Shown here: in pieces, positions 1 to 9,202 of the stretch
Layout: every line of letters starts with the position of its first letter
How positions within the stretch are numbered: position 1 is the stretch's first letter
Source of the DNA: an uncultured Sulfurospirillum sp.
GTDB lineage: Bacteria; Campylobacterota; Campylobacteria; Campylobacterales; QNZT01
Length of the DNA stretch: 64,000 bases
Assembly (NCBI GenBank): GCA_964573205.1
Contig: CAZNIT010000026.1
Span: forward strand, 1-64,000
Direction: 5' to 3'
Notes under the pieces: model-generated
Databases searched by the model: none
The model's input: only the letters and a program-made list of their open reading frames with translations
What the model was told of the DNA's origin: nothing
Position numbers and translations under genes: made by a program

Positions 1-3000
1 ATTTGTGACAATGAAATTATTATTTGTTGTGCTGATACCGCTAAAGCCGCTTTGCCCGTCATAGGGATTGTCAACGATATACCAGTTTATATTGTCAACA
101 CTCTCCGATTTTGCCATAGGAAATAGCGATTTATCGCATGATTTGCAATAAATCTCATAAAATATATCCGCTTCAAGTCTATTTCCGACCGACAAGGAAT
201 CGGGTATATACAATCTTCCGTAATAGTAGTTTACATGTTTTGTCTCTATTTTAATGCCGCATCCGCCTCCCGCATCGGTTACATTGATATCTTTAACAGT
301 AAGTCTTAGAGGCTCTTTTGGTACATGTTCGTCTCTTGAGAAATTTATACCCAATGAAGTATTGTTTTCTCCCGATTTGAATTTACCTTTATCTATATCA
401 AAATCAAATTCAATATCTGATCTATTCCCTTGAAATGTATAGGCAGAGCCGTTTGCATGAGTCGTATTGCTCTCGTCTATCCATACAAGAGTTTGCGTAT
501 CGTCGGATGAAGCGTTTGCGTCGAATTTAATCTTTAGATTGGTATCTTTTGAATAGCACCCTTTTGAATAGTTTTTAGTGATATTTCCGTTAGCGTTTAA
601 CGCTCTTAATCGTATCTTGAATTTAGACGCCATTTTATCGATATCCGCAAAATCAGCATAAAACGTAAAGTTTGTCGATCCCTCGCTAAGTGAATAGTTG
701 TCGAGTTCAAATTTGTCTATTTTAAAACTGATATCGTTTGCCGTACCCGTTGGGATAAGTCTATTTATATCGGCGGTATCGTTTTCATCTACGATCGCAA
801 ATTCGCTTCCTCTTTTTTCCGTTACAACAAAGTCAAGTTTTCCCGTCTCGCTATAGCTTGTATTAAAATCTATTAAACCGTCGTTGAACGAGATTGAGGA
901 TATATTCATGATTCCCGTCTCACAAGTTGGAATTTGTTCGGTGAAATTTATATCGAACGAACTTCCGGCACTTTCGTTGTAATTTAGTGTCGGGTTGTTG
1001 AATTCGTCGATCGCTTTAATGCGTATATTAAACGGTGCCGCAGCTATATTGTCGTTTGGAATCGTCAGTACGAAAGCTTTCGGACGAATCGCAAAGCGAT
1101 CTTTACTTTTGCCTGTATAAGTTCTACCTAAAAATGAACCCTCTATCTGCAAAGAGGCGACTTTATACGCTTTTGAGATATTTGCGGTTACATTGGCCAA
1201 ACCGCTTGAGTCGATAGTAGCAACTCCGTTAAAAAGCGTTCCTAATATATTCGAAAATTTATCAAGAAGTACAATTTTTGTTATATTCATATCTTCTGCC
1301 GGCTTACCGAGAGTTTCGTTATATGCGGAGATAGTCAAGTTAAAATTTTTGTTTACGATTTGTGTGGTAAGGTTGCCGTCTGTAAGTGGTGAGCCCAGAG
1401 TTGAAGCATTTAAAGTGATATTGAAATCGTCGTTTAAGATAGTAGCCTGCGCAACCGAATCTATAAAATACGCATCCGCACTACTTAGATTTACAAAAAA
1501 GTTTTCATCGCTTTCGATATCGAGATCACCTTTGATCACCGATAGTGTCAATGTCGTTTTACTCGCGCCTTGAGGTATGTTTATAGTGGAACTAACGGCG
1601 GTATAATCGTTATCGGCTACCGTAGCGCTACCGTCGGTAAGAGCATAGTCGATATTCAAACCGCCGGAAGCGGTGATAGTTCTGTCCGCAACAATCTCAA
1701 ACGATATACTTTTCGTACCGCTGTGACCTTCATATACTGTGGCGTCGTTGATCAAGATAATAGGCTTATCCCCCATACTCGCATAAGCGCATCTAGCACC
1801 GTCTCCATTTTTCGGAAGTGTCATATTTATAAATCTTACGGCTCTTGGTTTAGGATTTGAAGGATCGGTGATGTCGCATCTGTAAAACCGGTCGTCTTTA
1901 TAGAAATAGAAATAACCGTTTTTATCGAAAAATTGAACATGAGAATCGACATTCGTACCAAGACCGAGATATCCTATATCTGTTACGACGCCGCTTTTGG
2001 GATCGATCTTATATAGATGACCGCTATATTTTTCGGCAAAATAGAGTTTGTTGTCATTTGGATGAAAAGCAAAGTCTGCGGCATATAGTGATTGATCGGA
2101 CAATGTAACATTTGAGAGTTTTTGAAGATATGTGGAAGAAGATGGATTTACATCTATTCTATAAAGTCTAAGAAGTCCGTCACTCTCGACACCGTCGTTT
2201 TTTTTGAGATATGAGGATGCGATATATAAAATTCCGTCTGTTGAGACATCTCCTAAGTGAAACTGATATGGATCAAGACCGGCTATATCGTAAGAGATCG
2301 TATCTAAGTTTGCGTCCGTTCTTGTTATTTTGTGATTTATAAGATCGTATCCCCAGATATAATCGTCGATAACACTGTATCCGATCGCATTGATGTTTAC
2401 CGGATAGATATTTGTGCTAAGTGTCGTTTGTGAAGCGTTTAAAAGATCTATCTCGTTTACCTTAGTAGGTTCGTCCTTCGCGTCACTATAAAATACATAG
2501 GCGTTTTGGTCGCAAGTAAAAGGTACCGAATCTGTTACATTGATATTGGGTCCAAATTCCGATGTGTTATTGTTCGTATCCGTTGCGGTCGCCGTTATAT
2601 AATCTCCCGACTTTATCGACGAAGAGACGATTAGACAATCGATATTTGCGTTCGCATCCGCGTTACATGATCCTAAATACCATCTTCCCTCGCCGTTTGC
2701 ATCCCCATCGTCGTCAACCTTATATACCTCTATAACCGCATTGGCGAATATACTCTGATTCGTACCGGATCCGATGTAGCCTTTTAAATACAAATTCGAA
2801 CCGATTAGGTTTGCGGATGTTATGATCGGAAAATCCATACCGTCGTTTGGTGCGGATGTATCGATTGATCCGTCATTTGCCGTGATACCGTCACCGTTTT
2901 TTGATGAACTCATATCAAGATCGATAGATATACCACCGTTTTGATAGATGGCATTTTGCGTTATTTTATTTCCGCCGCCGTCTTTTGTTATTACGATACC

Positions 3001-4602
3001 TGCGGTCGTATTTGCCGTTATTATATTGTGTATAATCTTGTTATTTTGACCGTAAACTCTTATGCCGCCGTTTTCGCCGTCGTTTGCAACGCTTACATCT
3101 TGACCGTTTTCGATGATGGTATTGTCCGAAATTGTAACGACTGAAGCACTGTTGTAGCTATCTATACCGTAAGCGCTTGAATTTTCGATTCTATTGTTTT
3201 CGATTAAAATATTCCCTCCGCTACTAAATCCCGTCGTTATCGCATCGCCTTTTGGTAAGTTCGAAGCTTTGTAAAAGTCGTTTTTATAGATGAATGAATT
3301 GTTACCGCTACAAATTGCCGTATGATAAATATGTGCAAAATAGTTATGTGTTATAGCGACTACGGAACTATTTTCTTGAAAGATACCGTATTTTACCCCA
3401 AGAGTAAGTGCCGGAGCGCTTGCGTCCGCATTAACGCCGATAAAGTTGTCGGCGATATAGATATTGTTTCCGCTCCTAATCAAAATAGCCGCCATTTCGT
3501 CATCGCTTGTATCGTCGCCTAAATAAGAGGCGTTTGTGATCGAGAGATTCGTTATTTCCGTATCGTCGGCATCTATGACAAATACTCCCTCTCTGGGAAT
3601 TAGATAATTTGTAAGAGTAGTTCCGTTATTCGTAAACATATCATTGGTATCTATTTGAAGTTCGGGATTGAAAAAAGTACTTAAAACAACTTCGTCCGAG
3701 CTATTTTCTATCCCATCTGCACCGGTACCGACGCTAAACCCTCCATGAGCGCTACTTCCTGGATTTGCATCCCAAAAAGATCCGTCGCTTTTAAAAGCCG
3801 TACCGTTTATTGCCGTTGCGGTGTCGGTAATGACCGGTAGAGGAGAGTTTAATGTGATATTCCACCAAGAAGGAGCGTTTTTAATTGTCGATGGTACGAA
3901 ACGCATAATGTTTCGATCGCTTATCGCGTTTGCGTTTTGGATAAATTGCCTAAATGCTCCTTGTGAACTTTTTGCGTTTACAAGATCGTCATCTTTATCG
4001 TTCGTATGAGTGACTACATTGAACGAAAAACCAAAATCGATTCCCGTAACGTCCGTAACGTTTATATCTACAATTGCGATATGTTCGGCCGTTGTAATAT
4101 TTGAAGGATCATCGGAAATTCCCGCAATTTTACCGCCGTAGCAGGTACCGGCGGTCGTAAGTGTTATTGTAGAGCCGGTTGTGTCATCACATAGACCACC
4201 CTTTGGACCGTATGTCTGTTCCGCCCAAACGTCGGATATCGTGCCCGAAGAAGTATATGGTTTGTATGGTGGTAAAGTTGTAGAATCCACTACGACATAG
4301 TATCTTCCCGCCGCTAAAGAGTTAAAACCGTATTCTCCGTTTCCCAAGACATCCGTATTTGTGGAGGAGATCAATGTATCGTTTGAATCTATTAAGTTGT
4401 CGCCGTCATCAAGAAACAGATATATTTTAGTCCCGCTTTTTGCCACTTGATCGCCTAAAGCGTCGTTAAAGTTCATATCGCCGTCGCTTACGCCGTCTCC
4501 CGAGATATCCTCGAAAACAGTTCCGGATATGGATAGGGCGTAAAGTTGATTCAAAGAGAGAAAAAGAGTAAAGAGTATAAAGATTTTTTTTATAGAGTGC
4601 AT
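1..4602 (-). CDS. Very large secreted surface/adhesin-like protein, 5' end (ATG at 4602) in window and 3' end beyond the window start (>1534 aa). Signal peptide, SdrD-B/CnaB-like module, right-handed parallel beta-helix repeats, beta-propeller-like region, Calx-beta domain, Ig-like tail.
   Basis: The minus-strand frame is open from 4602 down to position 1, checked by hand over 1-60 and 1561-1800. GGAG lies 7 nt upstream of the ATG. The N-terminus reads MHSIKKIFILFTLFLSLNQLYA (signal peptide), then ISGTVFEDISGDGVSDGD (SdrD B / Cna B-like). Repeats such as NNRIENSSAYGI...NTIIENGQ...NKIIHNII (nt ~3000-3300) are PbH1/pectate-lyase-like beta-helix units. TVYEGHSGTKSISFEIVADR...IDYALTDGSATVADNDYTAVSSTINIPQGAS (nt 1560-1740, translated by hand) is a Calx-beta motif. 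It is absent from the ORF track only because no stop falls inside the window. Confidence 0.8.
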   Translation of the reverse strand, partial: MHSIKKIFILFTLFLSLNQLYALSISGTVFEDISGDGVSDGDMNFNDALGDQVAKSGTKIYLFLDDGDNLIDSNDTLISSTNTDVLGNGEYGFNSLAAGRYYVVVDSTTLPPYKPYTSSGTISDVWAEQTYGPKGGLCDDTTGSTITLTTAGTCYGGKIAGISDDPSNITTAEHIAIVDINVTDVTGIDFGFSFNVVTHTNDKDDDLVNAKSSQGAFRQFIQNANAISDRNIMRFVPSTIKNAPSWWNITLNSPLPVITDTATAINGTAFKSDGSFWDANPGSSAHGGFSVGTGADGIENSSDEVVLSTFFNPELQIDTNDMFTNNGTTLTNYLIPREGVFVIDADDTEITNLSITNASYLGDDTSDDEMAAILIRSGNNIYIADNFIGVNADASAPALTLGVKYGIFQENSSVVAITHNYFAHIYHTAICSGNNSFIYKNDFYKASNLPKGDAITTGFSSGGNILIENNRIENSSAYGIDSYNSASVVTISDNTIIENGQDVSVANDGENGGIRVYGQNNKIIHNIITANTTAGIVITKDGGGNKITQNAIYQNGGISIDLDMSSSKNGDGITANDGSIDTSAPNDGMDFPIITSANLIGSNLYLKGYIGSGTNQSIFANAVIEVYKVDDDGDANGEGRWYLGSCNADANANIDCLIVSSSIKSGDYITATATDTNNNTSEFGPNINVTDSVPFTCDQNAYVFYSDAKDEPTKVNEIDLLNASQTTLSTNIYPVNINAIGYSVIDDYIWGYDLINHKITRTDANLDTISYDIAGLDPYQFHLGDVSTDGILYIASSYLKKNDGVESDGLLRLYRIDVNPSSSTYLQKLSNVTLSDQSLYAADFAFHPNDNKLYFAEKYSGHLYKIDPKSGVVTDIGYLGLGTNVDSHVQFFDKNGYFYFYKDDRFYRCDITDPSNPKPRAVRFINMTLPKNGDGARCAYASMGDKPIILINDATVYEGHSGTKSISFEIVADRTITASGGLNIDYALTDGSATVADNDYTAVSSTINIPQGASKTTLTLSVIKGDLDIESDENFFVNLSSADAYFIDSVAQATILNDDFNITLNASTLGSPLTDGNLTTQIVNKNFNLTISAYNETLGKPAEDMNITKIVLLDKFSNILGTLFNGVATIDSSGLANVTANISKAYKVASLQIEGSFLGRTYTGKSKDRFAIRPKAFVLTIPNDNIAAAPFNIRIKAIDEFNNPTLNYNESAGSSFDINFTEQIPTCETGIMNISSISFNDGLIDFNTSYSETGKLDFVVTEKRGSEFAIVDENDTADINRLIPTGTANDISFKIDKFELDNYSLSEGSTNFTFYADFADIDKMASKFKIRLRALNANGNITKNYSKGCYSKDTNLKIKFDANASSDDTQTLVWIDESNTTHANGSAYTFQGNRSDIEFDFDIDKGKFKSGENNTSLGINFSRDEHVPKEPLRLTVKDINVTDAGGGCGIKIETKHVNYYYGRLYIPDSLSVGNRLEADIFYEIYCKSCDKSLFPMAKSESVDNINWYIVDNPYDGQSGFSGISTTNNNFIVTN

Positions 4603-4693
4603 TGTTGTTCTCCGATCGATGACAAATCAATTCATAAGAGTAATATCGGCTTAATGTAAAGAAAGTTTAGTCAAAAGTTTTATTAGAGGATAA

Positions 4694-5854
4694 TTATTTT
4701 ACAATCAGTTGCTCTATTTGAAGTATGAAATCAGGATTTTCGTTTAGATACAATATGCCCGAAAAGACGGTGATAACGATAAAAATGATAAAAAATATTT
4801 TTACTCTACTATATGGTCTTTCCCCTTTTATAGTACCGTTTCTCGCATTTATCGCAAAGCGGTACTCTTTATCTTTAAATTTAAAATGAGCCGTCCATAC
4901 GGGCAATAAAATATACTTGAAACTATTTTGATCATGATATATCTGTATGTATGATATCTTTTGATGATCGCCGCCTATTTTCATTCTAACGGCGTTTGTC
5001 AATTCGTATTCCATATATTTTTTAGCATACTCAAATCCCTCATCAAGTGCTACGGTGTAAGTCTCACTCTCGAAACCGCTTAAATATCTTTCATCGTAGG
5101 GGATCAAATTTTCTAGATCCCAAGGCTTTAAAGTGTCTGCGAGTTTTCTCGGAAGAGTTTTAGTCGCCCCTATCAACACATCGTCAAAATGGCGTTTGAT
5201 CTCTCCGGATACGGGTTGCCATCTGATCTTCGGCTCTAAATCTTCTACGATCTGTTCTCTACCGTCAATAAAAACTCTTCTGCTTACTCTTTGGTAGTAT
5301 GTATCTCCGCGGTAACCTTGAAAATGAGTAGTCGTCATTGAATCGTATGTCCAGTATGGAAGGTATAGACCTTCAAATTTTGAATCCGTTTTTGTATATT
5401 TTTTAAGTTCTGACGGTGCAAACCATAATGAACCTACCCAATTTTTAAATATCTCTTTAGCTTCTTTCTGATTGATTTTAAAAGGTAGTAGAGATTCTGG
5501 AGACAGAGGCATAAATATATCCAGATTCGTAACGATAGGAGTGTTACAGTAGGGACATCTGGTACTTCGTATATGAGGGGTGAGTTTGAAATTTGCGGCA
5601 CACACAGGACACTTTATCTCTTTTGGAGCTTTTATGTCAAAGCGTGGTGAGTTTTGGAGTTTATGTATTGTCTCTTCAAGAGAGTGTTCGTAAATAGGAA
5701 TTTTTGGCGGATAAAGATAATTTACCCATCCGCAATATTCACATTTTAATGCACTTGTATCAGGAGAAAATACCAGTGACGCACCGCATTTCTTACAAGG
5801 GAATGATTTTTGTTTAAAATGCGATTTCTCGCCGATTTTTGTAAATTCCTTCAT
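4694..5854 (-). CDS. Double zinc-ribbon protein with C-terminal transmembrane anchor (YdjG/H-like partner of the SPFH protein)
   Basis: 386 aa. Two CxxC...CxxC ribbons at the N-terminus (CKKCG...CEYCG; CPVCA...CPYCN). Hydrophobic helix IFFIIFIVITVFSGILYL near the C-terminus. Separated by 6 nt from the SPFH gene on the same strand. Confidence 0.7.
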   Translation of the reverse strand: MKEFTKIGEKSHFKQKSFPCKKCGASLVFSPDTSALKCEYCGWVNYLYPPKIPIYEHSLEETIHKLQNSPRFDIKAPKEIKCPVCAANFKLTPHIRSTRCPYCNTPIVTNLDIFMPLSPESLLPFKINQKEAKEIFKNWVGSLWFAPSELKKYTKTDSKFEGLYLPYWTYDSMTTTHFQGYRGDTYYQRVSRRVFIDGREQIVEDLEPKIRWQPVSGEIKRHFDDVLIGATKTLPRKLADTLKPWDLENLIPYDERYLSGFESETYTVALDEGFEYAKKYMEYELTNAVRMKIGGDHQKISYIQIYHDQNSFKYILLPVWTAHFKFKDKEYRFAINARNGTIKGERPYSRVKIFFIIFIVITVFSGILYLNENPDFILQIEQLIVK

Positions 5855-5860
5855 TTACTC

Positions 5861-6931
5861 TTACAGCGGCGGAGGAGTGAGCATATTAAATAGTGTTTCG
5901 ATCTCTTCTATATTCTTGGCTTTTTGCCAATTTTCCATTCCGGTACTCCACATTAGGGTGGATGAGTTGATACCCCTTTTTTTTATCAGCTCTTCTATTT
6001 GGTCAATGTTAAAAGGACCTTGCGGCTTTTTCTCCTTTGCGTAATAGTACATCTTTTCAAATGGTTCCGGAATATAGTCTGATTTCTCTTTTTTATCAAA
6101 AGATTTCGCAAGTTTATCAGCCATTGCAAAACCTACGCCCATACCGACCATTTCCGAAACACCGCCGCCTTTTGTGAGAGATTGGGCACTTTGAAATTCA
6201 AGATATTTTCTAAGATCACCGATCATACCCATTGATGTTTTTTTATCAAGTGCTTCTTCTACCATTGGAGGTACAGAGATGTTTTCTACCATCAAACGGG
6301 ATAATTCAAGACCATATTCACTGAACTCTTTTTTTATTTTTTGGCTTACATATTCACCCAGCTGATCATAGTTTGCGGCAAGATCAAGAATTGGAATGTT
6401 AGCACTTGCAACAATATCCGTAAATCTTGAAATAATTATATTTCTTAGTTGATTACTTATATCTTCAACACTGAAATGTCCGTTTGTTCCTACTATCTCT
6501 TCTATAAACTTTTTTGGATCTTCTATTCTTATCTCATAGGTTCCAAAGGCTCTAAGCCTTACAGCTCCAAACTCTTTATCTCTTAGAATGATCGGATTTT
6601 TCGTACCCCACTTAAGATCGGTGAAGCGCCTTAAGTTGCAAAAATATATTTCCGCTTTAAAAGGCGAATCAAATCCATGATCCCAGTGTTGAAGAGTTGT
6701 TAAAATGGGAAGATTCTTGGTGTCGAGTTCGTAGATTCCCGGTCCCAAAACATCGGCGATTTCACCTTCGTTTACAAAAACTGCCGCCTGTGCTTGTCTG
6801 ACGGTCAGTTTCGCACCGTATTTTATTTCATTATTGTATCTCTCAAATCTATAAACCAGAGTGTCGTTACTCTCGTCAAGCCAATCAATGACATCGATAA
6901 ATTCGCCGAAAATCTTATCCCAAAATCCCAT
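5861..6931 (-). CDS. SPFH/band-7 domain protein of the COG4260 ('virion core protein-like', B. subtilis YdjI-like) family with GYF-like C-terminal module
   Basis: 356 aa. The N-terminus MGFWDKIFGEFIDVIDWLDESNDTLVYRFERYNNEIKYGAKLTVRQAQAAVFVNEGE is characteristic of COG4260 SPFH proteins. The C-terminus GPFNIDQIEELIKKRGINSSTLMWSTGMENWQKA is GYF/DUF4339-like. Confidence 0.7.
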   Translation of the reverse strand: MGFWDKIFGEFIDVIDWLDESNDTLVYRFERYNNEIKYGAKLTVRQAQAAVFVNEGEIADVLGPGIYELDTKNLPILTTLQHWDHGFDSPFKAEIYFCNLRRFTDLKWGTKNPIILRDKEFGAVRLRAFGTYEIRIEDPKKFIEEIVGTNGHFSVEDISNQLRNIIISRFTDIVASANIPILDLAANYDQLGEYVSQKIKKEFSEYGLELSRLMVENISVPPMVEEALDKKTSMGMIGDLRKYLEFQSAQSLTKGGGVSEMVGMGVGFAMADKLAKSFDKKEKSDYIPEPFEKMYYYAKEKKPQGPFNIDQIEELIKKRGINSSTLMWSTGMENWQKAKNIEEIETLFNMLTPPPL

Positions 6932-6952
6932 TATCTAATCCTTTTGCCGATA

Positions 6953-8176
6953 TTATTTTCTATTGACGGAAAGAAGGGCATCATGAAGTTGATTTTCAAC
7001 CTGAACTAACTCTTCTTCTGCTTTGGCTCTTGTCTCTTTGCCTTTTTGTGCTATCTCTAAAGACTCTTGTATCGTTTCTATTAATGTTTGATTTGCTTTT
7101 TTGATAGACTCAATATCGTAAACTCCTCTTTCAATCTGTTCTCGTGTCTCTTTATTTGCCTCTTTAAGAGCTTCTGCATTTTTTTCTAAAAGTTCATTCG
7201 TCATATCGGTTGCACCTTTAAGAGCTTTCGCGGCTTCCGAGCTTCTGTAGATTGTTATTGCCTGAGCTAGTTGATTTTTCCATAAAGGAACCGTGTTTAT
7301 TAAAACCGAGCTAATTTTCGATATGAGAGATTTGTCGTTGTCTTGAACCATTCTTATAGTCGGTAGGGCTTGCATAGCGACCTGTCTGGTTAGACGCAGA
7401 TCATGAATTCTTCTTTCAAGATCGTCTCTTGTAGCGATGATATCTTTTAATTTAAGAGCTTTTTGCATCTTTTTATCTTCACCGGCTTCCATTTCGAGTT
7501 TAGGAATGATTTCGTTATCCAACTGTTCCAGTTTATGCACTCCGGCGGCAATGTAGAGTTCAAGCTCTTTGAAAAATTCGAAATTGACGTTGTAAAGGCG
7601 ATCAAGCGACGTTATATCCGTTAAAAGCTGTGTCTTTTGTTGCTCTAAATTGTCGGTGATGGCGTCGATCTGTTTTCTCACCTCTTCATATTTTCCAATA
7701 AATTTTACGACCGGGCTTGCCATTCCGAAAAGTTTCGAGAAAAATCCCTGTGTTTGGTTCGGATTTAATGCATCAACATCAAACCCTTGAATTTCGGCTA
7801 CAAGATCATTTAGTGAATCGGCCGCATGACCTAAATCCTTGTTTTTTACTCCCTCGAGCATGCTTTCGCTGACTCTGTTTATGTTTTCTTGAGCTTTTGA
7901 GCCGAAAGAGATGACGGAGTGGGGATCATGAATATCTATTTCACTGACTATAACGTCCATCTTCGTTTGAATAACTTCGTCCGCCTCTTCGTATTTGAGT
8001 ATTCCCTCTTGTATGATCTGTTCTTTTAAAATTAGGCTTCCTCTCTTTTGCTTAGATATTTTCGGCTCGGTTTTTTCTTGTGTTTTAACCTCTTGTTCGT
8101 TTGTTGCGGCTTCTTGCAACTCTTCTTGCTCTTTTTGGGTGAGTTTTGTCTCATGATTTTCATTTTCTTGACTCAT
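6953..8176 (-). CDS. telA: TelA/KlaA/YaaN-family toxic anion resistance protein
   Basis: 407 aa. Acidic, low-complexity N-terminus followed by a long alpha-helical region typical of the TelA family (pfam TelA). Start lies 3 nt after the XpaC-like gene stop. Confidence 0.75.
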   Translation of the reverse strand: MSQENENHETKLTQKEQEELQEAATNEQEVKTQEKTEPKISKQKRGSLILKEQIIQEGILKYEEADEVIQTKMDVIVSEIDIHDPHSVISFGSKAQENINRVSESMLEGVKNKDLGHAADSLNDLVAEIQGFDVDALNPNQTQGFFSKLFGMASPVVKFIGKYEEVRKQIDAITDNLEQQKTQLLTDITSLDRLYNVNFEFFKELELYIAAGVHKLEQLDNEIIPKLEMEAGEDKKMQKALKLKDIIATRDDLERRIHDLRLTRQVAMQALPTIRMVQDNDKSLISKISSVLINTVPLWKNQLAQAITIYRSSEAAKALKGATDMTNELLEKNAEALKEANKETREQIERGVYDIESIKKANQTLIETIQESLEIAQKGKETRAKAEEELVQVENQLHDALLSVNRK

Positions 8177-8179
8177 ATC

Positions 8180-9025
8180 TTATACTCCTTCGTTTTTAAG
8201 TTGTTTGGTAAGCGCTTCTATCTGAACGTCCAGACGCGTCATGTCATCTTCCGAGAGTCTCTCTTTTTGTTGATGTATCGTTTCGTTGACGTTTATCAAG
8301 AGTTTTTTAAAATTCTCTTTTAATGTCTCGTCTATGTTGTCGTTTTTAAGATTTTTAAGATATTCGCCGGATATCTGTTCGGTTCTATGTAAATATACGT
8401 TGAAAAATTTTCTAGCTTTTGAGAGGTCGTTAGGATCTTTTTCAATCGCTTCGATTACATCCTGCGTTTCGTCGATAACCGATTTTATTATATCTTTTAA
8501 TTTAATATCGTCGATTGAGTTTTTAATCTTTTTCAAACTCTCAACGCTTTTTCTAGCTCGCGACGTTATCTCGATAACCTCTTGAGCGCTTACGCCTATT
8601 CTTAGTTCTCCGACTTTATCTTCCATCGGATCAAAGCCGTAGTAGAGATAAAAACCTACAAGAAAAAAGAGTGCGAGAATTACACTTAAAACAAGTCCGT
8701 TTTGAGTGGCGAATAAAGATGTGAAAAATGTCGCGAACGATAAAATCACAGCCGCTACCGTTTTAAATTTTAATTTTGGAGCTTTTGCTATATTGCTTTT
8801 GTTGTACTCTTTTTCTTGTAAAAATCCTCTTCTAGCTATCGTAGCTCCAAGAAGATAGAGCGCTGCCGACGTAGCAAGTGTCAATATAGATGCGGAACTA
8901 CCGCCAAGCAGAGAGAAAAAAAGAGCGAAAATCAAAGGAAGTGAAAGCAGATAGAGCATCAATCCTTTGATAAAGAACGGTTTTTTGGTATCGATTGTGG
9001 GATCATAGCGTTTCGCTTTTGCCAT
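8180..9025 (-). CDS. xpaC: XpaC-like (5-bromo-4-chloroindolyl phosphate hydrolysis protein family) membrane protein, first gene of the operon
   Basis: 281 aa. Two to three N-terminal TM helices (LMLYLLSLPLIFALFFSLLGG; ILTLATSAALYLLGATIA; VLSVILALFFLVGFYLYYGF), then a coiled-coil soluble C-terminus. GGAAGGA RBS 5 nt before the ATG. The xpaC-yaaN(telA) adjacency is the same as in Bacillus. Confidence 0.6.
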   Translation of the reverse strand: MAKAKRYDPTIDTKKPFFIKGLMLYLLSLPLIFALFFSLLGGSSASILTLATSAALYLLGATIARRGFLQEKEYNKSNIAKAPKLKFKTVAAVILSFATFFTSLFATQNGLVLSVILALFFLVGFYLYYGFDPMEDKVGELRIGVSAQEVIEITSRARKSVESLKKIKNSIDDIKLKDIIKSVIDETQDVIEAIEKDPNDLSKARKFFNVYLHRTEQISGEYLKNLKNDNIDETLKENFKKLLINVNETIHQQKERLSEDDMTRLDVQIEALTKQLKNEGV

Positions 9026-9202
9026 TGCCGTCCTTCCTAAAGATTAAAGAGTGCCTGAAAGGAAACAGCACCGAGCGTTCCCAAAATGAGTAAAAAACCG
9101 ATAAACCTATATAGTGCCGAATGCATACTTACTCCGTTTTTAATCTACATAAAGATAAAATTCCTTCATTGATTATACACAAGTTAATGTTAAGGAAAAA
9201 TT

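Noticed and set aside
1035..4009. Six plus-strand ORFs of 60-126 aa from the ORF track (1035-1217, 1193-1573, 1570-1860, 2941-3144, 3322-3522, 3821-4009).
   Set aside because: All lie antisense within the continuous >4.6-kb minus-strand adhesin reading frame. They have no RBS support and low-complexity translations, so they are spurious.
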